Shown piece after piece: positions 44,672-53,003 of a DNA stretch of 64,000 bases (position 1 is the stretch's first letter; each line of letters opens with the position of its first letter). This DNA is from an uncultured bacterium. Lineage in GTDB: Bacteria > Methylomirabilota > Methylomirabilia > Methylomirabilales > CSP1-5. The notes below the pieces were generated by a model that searched no databases, was not told the origin of the DNA, and worked only from the letters and a program-made list of their open reading frames with translations. The stretch covers positions 21,424 to 85,423 of the forward strand of contig CAYGBT010000010.1 of assembly GCA_964348275.1 (NCBI GenBank). Reading direction: 5' to 3'. Both the position numbers and the translations under genes were made by a program.

Positions 44672-45250
44672 TCAACCTCGGAGGAGCGCCTTGATGTCAT
44701 GGGCCAGCTCGCTAGGCTTGAAGCTGCTCCCATGGACGACGCGAATCTTTCCTTGTCGGTCGACGAGGTGGACGGGCGACTGGTGCATCACCTCTCCGTT
44801 TTCGTCTTTCCAGACCCTCCCTACCCAGTAGTGCTCCCAAATCGGCCGGAGATCCCTCTTGTCTCCGATCAAAAAATGCCACCGTTCGAGCATCTGCTGC
44901 TCCTGGGAATAGGCATACACACGGTCCTTCGTGTCACGTGCGGGATCCACAGTCACGACCAGCACGGCGACCTTCGGCATGAGTTCCCCGAGGGACTCGA
45001 CGGTTTCCCGAAGTTTACCCGCAATGAGGGGACACAAGTCAGGGCAGGACGTATACATGAATGTGAGAACCACGACCCGTCCCTCGAAGTCGGATGGGCG
45101 CACCAGCTTCCCGAATTGATCGGAGAGAGAAAAATCACGCGTGGGTCGGGGTGGGTCAAGCGCCGTTCCTCGATAAGTTGCCTCCTGTGTGCAGCCGATC
45201 AGAAGGCTTGCCACCAGAGTCAAGGTAGCCACGGATCGAGATGCGTTCAC
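44672..45250 (-). CDS. SCO1/SenC-family copper chaperone
   Basis: Lipobox ...LLIGCTQ; thioredoxin-fold motif ...FMYTSCPDLCP...; conserved His ...VMHQSPVHLVD... Confidence 0.85.
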   Translation of the reverse strand: MNASRSVATLTLVASLLIGCTQEATYRGTALDPPRPTRDFSLSDQFGKLVRPSDFEGRVVVLTFMYTSCPDLCPLIAGKLRETVESLGELMPKVAVLVVTVDPARDTKDRVYAYSQEQQMLERWHFLIGDKRDLRPIWEHYWVGRVWKDENGEVMHQSPVHLVDRQGKIRVVHGSSFKPSELAHDIKALLRG

Positions 45251-45262
45251 CGGATTATCCTC

Positions 45263-47656
45263 TTAGGTTTTTGTTTGTAGGAGGCGCAGACCGTTGAAGA
45301 TAACCAAAAGAGAGGCACCCATGTCCGCCCCGACCGCCATCCACAAGGTGGCATAGCCGGGGATGGCTAAGGCAAGGAACAGGGCCTTGATAGCGAGAGC
45401 AAGTGTAATATTTTGCTTCACAACGCGGACCGCACGGTGCCCGAGAGCAATCGCGAACGGGAGCTTCGTGAGGTCGTCAGCCATCAGGGCGACATCTGCC
45501 GTCTCCAGAGCCTGGTCGGTCCCGGCCGCTCCCATAGCGATGCCGATCGTGGCGGCCGCGAGTGCCGGGGCGTCGTTCACCCCGTCGCCCACCATTCCTA
45601 CAGTGCGGTATCGTCGCCTCAGTTCCCGGACCTGCTCCACCTTGTCCTCGGGTAAAAGATCTGCCAGGTATTCCTCGATGCCCAAGCGCTTTGCGACCGC
45701 TTCGGCAGTCCCCCAGTTATCGCCGGTGAGCATGACAAGCTTCCGCATGCCCGTCGCCCTCAATCCTCGGAGGACCTCAGCAACCTGTCCTCGCAACTGG
45801 TCGGCGATGGCGATAATCCCGACCGCCCCCGCTTGGGTTCCCAAGATAACGGTGGTCTTCCCCTCCGCTTCGAGTTCGTCCAGATTTGCTTCCACGTCCG
45901 AACTGCAAAAGCCCATCTCCTCGGCGAATCGGTGGTTCCCGATGAAAAAGCTCCGTCCCTCGATACGGGCTTGCGCCCCTCGTCCGGTTTGAGCCAGGAA
46001 CTCCTCCACCTCCGGCCACTCGATCCCGAGTTCACGCGCCTTCTGGACAATGGCCTGTCCGAGATGGTGCTCTGATCGGGCTTCGATGGCCGCCGCGATC
46101 CGCAACAGCTCCCGTTGGTCGCGGTTCACGGTTGACGGTTCACGGTTCACGGCAGGAGCAAGATCTTTCTGTGAACTGTGAACGGTGAACTGTGAACAGG
46201 TGAGGATGTCGGTCACGGCGGGAAAGCCGCGGGTGAGGGTCCCGGTCTTATCAAAAGCGATAGCCTTGAGCGCCCCAAGGCCTTCGAGGAAGCGTCCCCC
46301 CTTGATTAGGACGCCATTGCGGGCCGCTGTCGCCAGGCCGGAGACGATGGTCACTGGCGTGGAAATGACTAAGGCACAGGGACAGGAGATCACCAGAAGC
46401 ACGAGGGCTCGATAGAACCAGGAATCAAAGGGCTGGGCCAAAAAGAGAGGGGGGATGATGGCGATCAAAAACGCACCCGTAATGACCGAGGGGGTATAGT
46501 ATTTCGCAAACTGATCAACGAAACGCTGCGAGGGGGCCTTCTGGGCTTGTGCCTCTTGAACCAAATGGATGATTCGGGCGAGCGTCGTATCCGCAGCCAG
46601 ATGGGTAACCTCGATCTCAAGAGCCCCCTGCTGGTTAATGGTCCCGGCAAACACTTCGTCTCCTTCCCGCTTTTGTACCGGCATCGACTCGCCAGTGATG
46701 GGGGCCTGGTTTACCGCCGAGGCGCCCTTGATCACCTTTCCGTCGAGGGGAACCTTTTCGCCGGGCCTCACAATGAGCATGTCACCAAGTCGGATCTCTT
46801 CCACCGATAGTGTTTGCTCGTCTCCATTGCGACGAACGAGGGCCTGCGGCGGGGCCAGCTCCATCAAGGAACGAATGGCGGTCCGGGCGCGGTCCATACT
46901 GTAGGACTCCAAGAGTTCCGCGAGCGCGAAAAGGAAGGTGACGGTGGCTGCCTCGGCCCATTCGCCGATATACATGGCGCCGAGGATGGCGATGCTCATC
47001 AGGAAGTTGATATCCAGATTGAGTTGCCGCGCCGCCAAAAGGCCAGTCCGTGCGATGCGGTATCCTCCCGTCACCACAGCGGCCAGGTAAATCGGGACGG
47101 TGGTCTTCTGCGGAAACCCGAAGAGTGTGAGGGCCATTGCGGTCCCGGTGAGGCATCCTGAGGTCACGGTCAGGATGAGCTTCTTGTACCGTGTCCAGAA
47201 AGGATCGGGCGGTCTCCTCATTCGGCCGTCACCCACGGCCCGCGCGGTCATTCCCGTCTCGGCGACCGCTTCCAGGAGTTCATGGCGTGAGGTCTGCGTG
47301 GGGTCATGTTTGACCCGCAAACGCTGACCCACGACGTCGGCGGTGATTCCTTCAACCCCCGGCAGCGGGGATAGTTTTCTCTCTAGGGCCGCTACTTCGT
47401 CGGCGCAGTGCATCCCTTCGACCTCGAGGACCGAAGTGAGAGGGCCGGTGGCATCACCAAGTTGGTAGCCGAGAGCCTCCATCCGCTGGCGGATAACGGC
47501 CAGGTCCGCCTCCCGGTCACCCGGCTCGACGTGGAGCTTTCCTGACCCAAGGTCCACCTGTGCTGCCTTGATGCCGGGGAGGCTGGCGATGGCCTGCTCG
47601 GCCAGCGTAGCACAGGCAGCGCAGTGTATCCCGTTGATCGACAGCTCAATGTGCAT
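45263..47656 (-). CDS. P1B-type heavy-metal ATPase, ZntA/CadA-like (Zn/Cd/Pb type)
   Basis: HMA ...INGIHCAACA...; TM6 ...ISCPCALVISTP...; ...DKTGTLT...; ...GDGVNDAPAL... I prefer ATG 47656 (MHIELSING). The track ORF extends to a TTG at 47953, past a promoter-like site. It contains a 75-nt repeat insertion. Confidence 0.9.
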   Translation of the reverse strand: MHIELSINGIHCAACATLAEQAIASLPGIKAAQVDLGSGKLHVEPGDREADLAVIRQRMEALGYQLGDATGPLTSVLEVEGMHCADEVAALERKLSPLPGVEGITADVVGQRLRVKHDPTQTSRHELLEAVAETGMTARAVGDGRMRRPPDPFWTRYKKLILTVTSGCLTGTAMALTLFGFPQKTTVPIYLAAVVTGGYRIARTGLLAARQLNLDINFLMSIAILGAMYIGEWAEAATVTFLFALAELLESYSMDRARTAIRSLMELAPPQALVRRNGDEQTLSVEEIRLGDMLIVRPGEKVPLDGKVIKGASAVNQAPITGESMPVQKREGDEVFAGTINQQGALEIEVTHLAADTTLARIIHLVQEAQAQKAPSQRFVDQFAKYYTPSVITGAFLIAIIPPLFLAQPFDSWFYRALVLLVISCPCALVISTPVTIVSGLATAARNGVLIKGGRFLEGLGALKAIAFDKTGTLTRGFPAVTDILTCSQFTVHSSQKDLAPAVNREPSTVNRDQRELLRIAAAIEARSEHHLGQAIVQKARELGIEWPEVEEFLAQTGRGAQARIEGRSFFIGNHRFAEEMGFCSSDVEANLDELEAEGKTTVILGTQAGAVGIIAIADQLRGQVAEVLRGLRATGMRKLVMLTGDNWGTAEAVAKRLGIEEYLADLLPEDKVEQVRELRRRYRTVGMVGDGVNDAPALAAATIGIAMGAAGTDQALETADVALMADDLTKLPFAIALGHRAVRVVKQNITLALAIKALFLALAIPGYATLWMAVGADMGASLLVIFNGLRLLQTKT
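46124..46198. repeat. Heptamer-arm hairpin inserted in frame within the ATPase coding sequence
   Basis: GTTCACG GTTGACG GTTCACG GTTCACG, a 19-nt loop, then GTGAACT GTGAACG GTGAACT GTGAACA. That is 75 nt, or 25 codons (CSQFTVHSSQKDLAPAVNREPSTVN on the coding strand). Confidence 0.85.
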
Positions 47657-47791
47657 GGTCCGTTTCACGCCGAGTTTCCTGATGGATGTAATCTGGTCAA
47701 TGAGTTGCAAGAACAGGGCCCAGTTGTCCCGCGGATTCTGCGCCGCCCTTCCGTGGGGTTCAAGAGCCCTGAGGCATCCCGCTCTCCACTC

Positions 47792-47820
47792 ATTATCGAG
47801 AATAGTCGAAAAAATATCAA
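47792..47820 (-). promoter_or_regulatory. Sigma70-like promoter for the ATPase gene (TTGATA-N17-GATAAT)
   Basis: On the minus strand, TTGATA (47820-47815), a 17-nt spacer, then GATAAT (47797-47792), in a locally AT-rich patch about 135 nt upstream of ATG 47656. Confidence 0.35.
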
Positions 47821-47965
47821 TCAGCGTGGGGGGAGTCAAGGAGGGGCATCGTCGAGCATTGAGTGGGGACCCATCAGGGTTATGCCAACAAAGGCGTGAC
47901 TCTGGGCCGGTGAGGGAAGGGTGGGGTGCACGGCGCAAAGACATACTTGACAAACTTAATTATTA

Positions 47966-47983
47966 GATGTATCTAAATACATC
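47966..47983. promoter_or_regulatory. AT-rich palindrome GATGTAT-CTAA-ATACATC in the divergent ATPase / multicopper-oxidase control region
   Basis: Read directly. It lies next to TTGACA at 47947-47952 and 43 nt upstream of ATG 48026. A DtxR/MntR-family regulator is encoded in the downstream operon. Confidence 0.35.
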
Positions 47984-48025
47984 ATTCAGTGACGCTGTGT
48001 ATTTTGGCGTGATGGGGCTTGCGGT

Positions 48026-49117
48026 ATGGACGAACAAGGTCAGAGACCAAAAGAGCCATCCCTCTTTGCGGCAGGTTTGAGCCGTCGCCGGTTTCTGGGG
48101 AGCCTCGTCGGTTTAGGCTTTCTGGGAACAGCCACGGCGTCCCTGGCAGACCCGGCAAAGAGGCCCCCCGGTCAGGGGGAGGAATCTGGAGCCACATCTT
48201 CGGCTCCTCCGCCCTATTCGACGAGCACCGTTGAGGCCGCTCAGGTCCCCGTGGCCGACCTTCCCCCCCCTCTTCAGGTGTCGGATCCAATGACCTTTCT
48301 GAGTAGCTTTGACTACGGACGGGTAAAACAACTCTCCGGAGGTCAGGCCCAGCGAGAATACACCGTCATTGCTCAGGACCGCGAGATCGAGGTGGCACCG
48401 GGCGTCAAGTTTCCTGGCTGGACCTTCAACGGGTATGTCCCGGGGCCCACCCTCCGCTGTCGCGAAGGGGATCTCATCAGACTTCACTTCCTGAACGCCT
48501 CCAGCATGCCGCACACCATACACTTCCACGGCTTTCATCCGGCCAATATGGATGGGGTGTTCGAGGTTGTCCCGCCGGGTGGCCGATTTTGCTACGAGTT
48601 CACCGCCGATCCCTTTGGCGTTCATCTGTATCACTGTCATGTCATGCCGCTTAAGAAGCACATCCACAAGGGACTCTATGGAGCCTTCATCATTGATCCG
48701 GCGCAGCCGAGACCACCGGCAAAAGAAATGGTCATGGTGATGAACGGCTTCGACACCGATTTCGACGGTGAGAACGAGTTCTACACCGTGAATGGCGTGG
48801 CCAACTACTTCCTGGAACATCCCATCGAGGTGCTGCAGCACGAGCCACTTCGCATCTATCTGGTGAACATGACCGAGTTTGATCTCGTCAACTCCATTCA
48901 CACCCACGCGACATTCTTTAAGTTCTTCCGGACCGGGACCAGGCTGGATCAGTACGAGTACACCGACACGGTGATGCTCTGCCAGGGCGAACGCGGGGTC
49001 ATGGAGTTTAACTATAAGTTCCCGGGAACGTTCCTGTTTCACGCACATCAGACCGAGTTTGCGGAGCTCGGGTGGATTGGGGTCTTCAAGGTCCTGTCCA
49101 CCGAGGAGGGGGCATGA
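48026..49117 (+). CDS. Tat-exported two-domain multicopper oxidase / cupredoxin protein
   Basis: Tat signal ...LSRRRFLGSLVGLG...; Cu ligand motifs ...MPHTIHFHGFHP..., ...LYHCHVMPLKKHIHKGLYG..., ...FLFHAHQ... Confidence 0.75.
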   Translation: MDEQGQRPKEPSLFAAGLSRRRFLGSLVGLGFLGTATASLADPAKRPPGQGEESGATSSAPPPYSTSTVEAAQVPVADLPPPLQVSDPMTFLSSFDYGRVKQLSGGQAQREYTVIAQDREIEVAPGVKFPGWTFNGYVPGPTLRCREGDLIRLHFLNASSMPHTIHFHGFHPANMDGVFEVVPPGGRFCYEFTADPFGVHLYHCHVMPLKKHIHKGLYGAFIIDPAQPRPPAKEMVMVMNGFDTDFDGENEFYTVNGVANYFLEHPIEVLQHEPLRIYLVNMTEFDLVNSIHTHATFFKFFRTGTRLDQYEYTDTVMLCQGERGVMEFNYKFPGTFLFHAHQTEFAELGWIGVFKVLSTEEGA

Positions 49118-50328
49118 ACCGGACCGAGGGAGGAACGTTTCAGACCGCTCCACGCGGCGTACGTCTCGTCCTCTTCGCCCTGCTCCCCCTGGTGCTCCTC
49201 GGGGCGATGATCTTCGTCTTTCTGTCGTCGGAGACGTTGCTCCTGGGTCCGTCTCCCGTCCCTCCCGAGGCGCTCCAGCGGCTCACGATCGAACGGATGG
49301 CTTTTTACCCTGGCAAGTTTGTCGTGTGGGTCCGCAATACCGGGCCGGGCCCATTGCGAATCGGCCAGGTGCTGGTCAACGACGCCATCTGGGCGTTTAC
49401 GGCGACACCCGGACCCGAGCTCGGCCGCCTCGCCCAGGCGACTGTTACCATTCCCTACGAATGGGTGGAGGGAGAACCGCACGAGGTGACGGTGATCACC
49501 GATGCGGGAATCGTCTTCACGAAGGGGGTCGATGTCACCACGTTGACCCCTGTCCCCGGCTGGCGCTACTTCCTCCTTTTTGCCCTCCTCGGAACGTACG
49601 TCGGCGTGATTCCGGTGTTCCTCGGCCTGCTGTGGTTTCCTTTTCTCACGGCCGTGAAGGGGCAGTGGATCGAGGGTCTCTTGAGCTTTACCGTCGGCCT
49701 GCTCGCCTTCCTTGGTCTCGATGCCCTCAGGGAGGCCTTCGAGGCAGTTGGGCAGATTGGGCCGGTCTTCAAGGGCGAGGCCTTGATCGCAATGGGCCTC
49801 ATTGGAAGCTTCCTCGGTCTGATGGCGCTGGGGCAGCGCAGGAAAGAGGGGGGCGGTCACACGTCGGCCAACGGCTTGCGATTGGCCTATCTCATCGCCC
49901 TCGGCATCGGACTCCATAACCTCGGTGAGGGATTAGCCATCGGGGCGGCCTACCAGCTCGGGGAGGTCGCCCTGGGGGCCTTTCTGGTTCTCGGCTTTAC
50001 GATCCACAATACGACCGAGGGGCTGGCTATTGTCTCGCCAATGCTTCGGGGCGCCCCGGCTCGGTATCATTTTTTATTCCTAGGACTATTGGCTGGGGCC
50101 CCCACCATCGCCGGCACCTGGCTCGGCGGCCTGACATATTCGGTCCCGATGGCGATCCTCTTTCTGGCGATTGGAGCCGGCGCAATTTGGCAGGTGGTCT
50201 ACGAGGTTGTGCGGTTCCAGGCTAAAGAGAAGCCGGTGCTTGAATTCTTAACCATGCGCCACAATCTTGCGGGGCTCTTGGCGGGCTTTCTGGTCATGTA
50301 CCTTACCGGATTGTTGGTGGCCATGTAG
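49114..50328 (+). CDS. ZIP-family metal transporter with an N-terminal extracytoplasmic domain
   Basis: I place the start at ATG 49114 (MNRTEGG), overlapping the upstream TGA. ZIP motifs ...GIGLHNLGEGLAIGAAY... and ...FTIHNTTEGLAIVSP... Confidence 0.8.
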   Translation: MNRTEGGTFQTAPRGVRLVLFALLPLVLLGAMIFVFLSSETLLLGPSPVPPEALQRLTIERMAFYPGKFVVWVRNTGPGPLRIGQVLVNDAIWAFTATPGPELGRLAQATVTIPYEWVEGEPHEVTVITDAGIVFTKGVDVTTLTPVPGWRYFLLFALLGTYVGVIPVFLGLLWFPFLTAVKGQWIEGLLSFTVGLLAFLGLDALREAFEAVGQIGPVFKGEALIAMGLIGSFLGLMALGQRRKEGGGHTSANGLRLAYLIALGIGLHNLGEGLAIGAAYQLGEVALGAFLVLGFTIHNTTEGLAIVSPMLRGAPARYHFLFLGLLAGAPTIAGTWLGGLTYSVPMAILFLAIGAGAIWQVVYEVVRFQAKEKPVLEFLTMRHNLAGLLAGFLVMYLTGLLVAM

Positions 50329-50336
50329 GAGGAAGG

Positions 50337-51014
50337 ATGATGGAGCCTCGCCCGGTGAGCCAGGCCATTGAGGATTATCTCAAGGCGATCTACGTCCTGG
50401 AGCAGCAAGAGGGCAAGGTGATGACGAAGGCGTTAGCCGTCGCGCTGGATGTGGCGGCCCCGTCGGTCACTGCGATGATCAAGCGACTTCACGCCATGCG
50501 CCTGGTTCGCTACACCCGGTACAGAGGAGTGGCCTTGACACCTGCCGGCAGGCGGATGGCTCTTGAGGTGATCCGTCACCATCGGCTCCTGGAGCTGTAT
50601 CTGGTGGAGGCACTGGGCCTGCCGTGGGATCAAGTTCACGAGGAAGCGGATCGGCTGGAACACGTGATCTCTGAAGAACTGGAGGAACGGATCGCTGAGC
50701 GCCTCGGCCATCCCGTGACCGATCCTCACGGGGACCCGATCCCTACAAAAGGAGGGGAAGTCGACGATCCTCTCGGCTTCCCCCTCAGCGAGCTGAGTCC
50801 AGGGACGGCCGCCGTCATCAAGCGGGTTGCGGATCAGGAACCGGCCAAGCTTCGGTACCTCGCAACGTTAGGCCTTTTCCCCGATGTCCGGGTGACGCTC
50901 TTGGAGAAAGCCCCGTTTGGTGGACCTATGTCGCTGGAAGTGGGGGAGGCCCGGTGTACGTTGGGAGGGGAACTGGCCCGCCAGATCTATGTCCTCCCCA
51001 TTGAGTCCCTGTGA
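50337..51014 (+). CDS. DtxR/MntR-family metal-dependent transcriptional regulator with a FeoA-like C-terminal domain
   Basis: ...IEDYLKAIYVLEQQEGKV...VAAPSVTAMIKRL...; metal-site region ...HHRLLELYL...EADRLEHVIS...DPHGDPIP... Confidence 0.9.
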   Translation: MMEPRPVSQAIEDYLKAIYVLEQQEGKVMTKALAVALDVAAPSVTAMIKRLHAMRLVRYTRYRGVALTPAGRRMALEVIRHHRLLELYLVEALGLPWDQVHEEADRLEHVISEELEERIAERLGHPVTDPHGDPIPTKGGEVDDPLGFPLSELSPGTAAVIKRVADQEPAKLRYLATLGLFPDVRVTLLEKAPFGGPMSLEVGEARCTLGGELARQIYVLPIESL

Positions 51015-51018
51015 GGCA

Positions 51019-51423
51019 ATGGTGCGCCTGTTTCGCCAGTTGGCCTGGAAGACGATGTGGGGGACCCTTCTTTGGCTCTCCTGTGTTCTCTCCGCATGTG
51101 GAAGCGCGGACGGCATGAAGGAGGGACGGCAGATTTACGCCAGGCGCTGCTACACCTGCCATGGAGAGACAGGCACAGGGGACGGTCCCACGGCCAAACT
51201 GATGGGGATCAATCCGGCAAATCTCCAGATGGCGGTCCGGGAGAAGTCGAAGGCGGAGCTTCTTGGAGTCATCGCCCGGGGCAGACAGGCCATGCCCGCC
51301 TTCGGTCCGAGCCTGACGGAGGTGGAGCGCGAGGCGGTGTATCAATACCTGCGCGCCCTGCCGGAGAAAAGGGCGGCGATCTCCCGGGGGCTCGATCCCG
51401 CAGGAGTGCAGGGTCTCAGGTAG
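51019..51423 (+). CDS. Class I c-type cytochrome (lipoprotein)
   Basis: I place the start at ATG 51019 (MVRLFRQLAW...LSACGS). Heme motif ...RRCYTCHGETG...; distal ...RGRQAMPAFG... Confidence 0.8.
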   Translation: MVRLFRQLAWKTMWGTLLWLSCVLSACGSADGMKEGRQIYARRCYTCHGETGTGDGPTAKLMGINPANLQMAVREKSKAELLGVIARGRQAMPAFGPSLTEVEREAVYQYLRALPEKRAAISRGLDPAGVQGLR

Positions 51424-51434
51424 GAGCAGGAAGG

Positions 51435-52046
51435 ATGTCTCGTCTGATCGTTCGCGCAGGGCTCGTCGGTCTCGCCCTGCTGTGTGGTGGGGCCGACGGC
51501 CTGGCCCATGAGCCTCTGCAACGCGGGACACCACCGTTGAGGCAGCAGGCGATCTATCACCGCGCCCCTCGCTTTACGCTGATCACTCAAGGGGGAAAAC
51601 AGCTTGCCCTTAAGGACCTGTCGGGCAAGGTCGTCTTGGTCAATTTTATCTATACGAGTTGTCCTGACGTCTGCCCGCTCGCCACGGCCAAGTTTCGACG
51701 GATTCAACAGCTCCTCGAGGCGCGAGGCCTTCAGACACAGGTCTACCTTTTGAGCATTAGCACCGATCCGACGGTCGACACCCCTGCGGCCCTGAGGACC
51801 TATGGCCGTCGGTACGGCGCCGACTTTTCCTTCTGGGCTTTTCTCACCGGCACACCGGGGGAGTTGGCCCGGATCTGGGATCGGTTCGGCGTGGTGACTG
51901 TTGCGCAAGGGCGGGGGGACATTGACCATACGAACATGACTTTCTTGCTGGACCGGACGGGCAGAATCCGTCTGATCTATCTCGGGTACGGTTGGCGCGA
52001 AGAGGACGTGGCAGGAGATATTGCAACGTGGCTCAAACGGGGATGA
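51435..52046 (+). CDS. SCO1/SenC-family copper chaperone (second paralog)
   Basis: I place the start at ATG 51435 (MSRLIVRAGLVG...). ...FIYTSCPDVCP...; ...DIDHTNMTFLLD... Confidence 0.85.
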   Translation: MSRLIVRAGLVGLALLCGGADGLAHEPLQRGTPPLRQQAIYHRAPRFTLITQGGKQLALKDLSGKVVLVNFIYTSCPDVCPLATAKFRRIQQLLEARGLQTQVYLLSISTDPTVDTPAALRTYGRRYGADFSFWAFLTGTPGELARIWDRFGVVTVAQGRGDIDHTNMTFLLDRTGRIRLIYLGYGWREEDVAGDIATWLKRG

Positions 52047-52070
52047 GTCTGCAATACCGGCGGTCTCTAG

Positions 52071-52679
52071 TTATGAGGCGCGCTCGCCGAGCAAGTCCTT
52101 GATAAGCTTTGTCGATTCCGGATCGGTCCAGTCACGGTAGCCGAGTTCTCGCCATCGGATGATTCCGCGGCGGTCGATCACGACGGTGGTCGGGAGCGCG
52201 GAACTTCGAAACGTCCGCAGCGTTTCCATGTGGGGGTCTCGGAGGACCTGGAAACTCAGATCGAGCTCTTGCAGAAAGTGCTGGATGGCGCTCTTCGGAC
52301 CGGCGTCAACGCTGACCGCGACCACCTCGAATCCTTTCGTCTTGTAGTTCCGGTAGGCTTCCTCCATGGTCGGCATCTCGAGGCGGCAGGGGGGACACCA
52401 GGTCGCCCAAAAGTTGAGGAGGACCACTTTTCCCTTGTAGTGTGAGAGGCTCACCTGTGTGCCATTCAGATCGGGGAGGGTAAAATCCGGGGCAAGGGTC
52501 TCCGACTCGAGGGTGATGTGTTCCGCCTCGGCGGTGACTTGCTTCGCCGCGGGACCGGAGTCCTGTCCACAGGCGGCGAAGATCATGAGGAAGAGGAGAA
52601 GGGTTGCTAGAGTCAACCATGAAGGGTCGATGCGAAAATTTCTGTCGTTGCGGCTGTCGGTCATCTCCAAGGTGTTCAT
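52071..52679 (-). CDS. TlpA/ResA-like periplasmic thiol:disulfide oxidoreductase
   Basis: ...VVLLNFWATWCPPCRLEMP...; membrane anchor ...WLTLATLLLFLMIFAAC... The start is uncertain; the ORF is open to 52832. Confidence 0.8.
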   Translation of the reverse strand: MNTLEMTDSRNDRNFRIDPSWLTLATLLLFLMIFAACGQDSGPAAKQVTAEAEHITLESETLAPDFTLPDLNGTQVSLSHYKGKVVLLNFWATWCPPCRLEMPTMEEAYRNYKTKGFEVVAVSVDAGPKSAIQHFLQELDLSFQVLRDPHMETLRTFRSSALPTTVVIDRRGIIRWRELGYRDWTDPESTKLIKDLLGERAS

Positions 52680-52913
52680 CTCCTGAACCTGCTGATTTCG
52701 CTTATGAAGTATGGGGCGGTTCCGGTCCATATGAGGTATAAACGCAGAAGCCCCCCCTTTGTTCCCGGTCCTCGTCTTATAGGCGAGACTGAAGAGAAAT
52801 TCAAGGCAATTTGCTTGTCCCTCCCTTTCCATCTTTTTCCTTGACAGCCACCGGCGGGCGGGAGTATCAAGAATCTCGTGGGAGCTGGGTGTCTCTCAGC
52901 TCCTTGATTTTTC

Positions 52914-52989
52914 GGGGCTGTGGCGCAGTTGGGAGCGCGCTTGACTGGCAGTCAAGAGGTCGGGGGTTCGAATCCCCTCAGCTCCACCA
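52914..52989 (+). tRNA. tRNA-Ala (anticodon GGC)
   Basis: Folded by hand: acceptor GGGGCTG/CAGCTCC with G3:U70; D arm GCGC-AGTTGGGA-GCGC; anticodon arm CTTGA-CTGGCAG-TCAAG; T arm with GGTTCGAATCC; encoded CCA. Confidence 0.9.
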
Positions 52990-53003
52990 GAAATTTCGAG
53001 GGC

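Noticed and set aside
11432-46198. Whether the tandem short-repeat arrays could be CRISPR arrays
   Set aside because: The units are 7 nt (or about 10-20 nt at the RAYT flanks) and directly abut one another, with no unique spacers of 25-40 nt. No cas genes are in the window.
47657-47953. 99-codon N-terminal extension of the ATPase ORF starting at a TTG
   Set aside because: The TTG is part of a TTGACA promoter hexamer. A good minus-strand promoter lies inside the extension. The HMA domain begins exactly at the internal ATG 47656.
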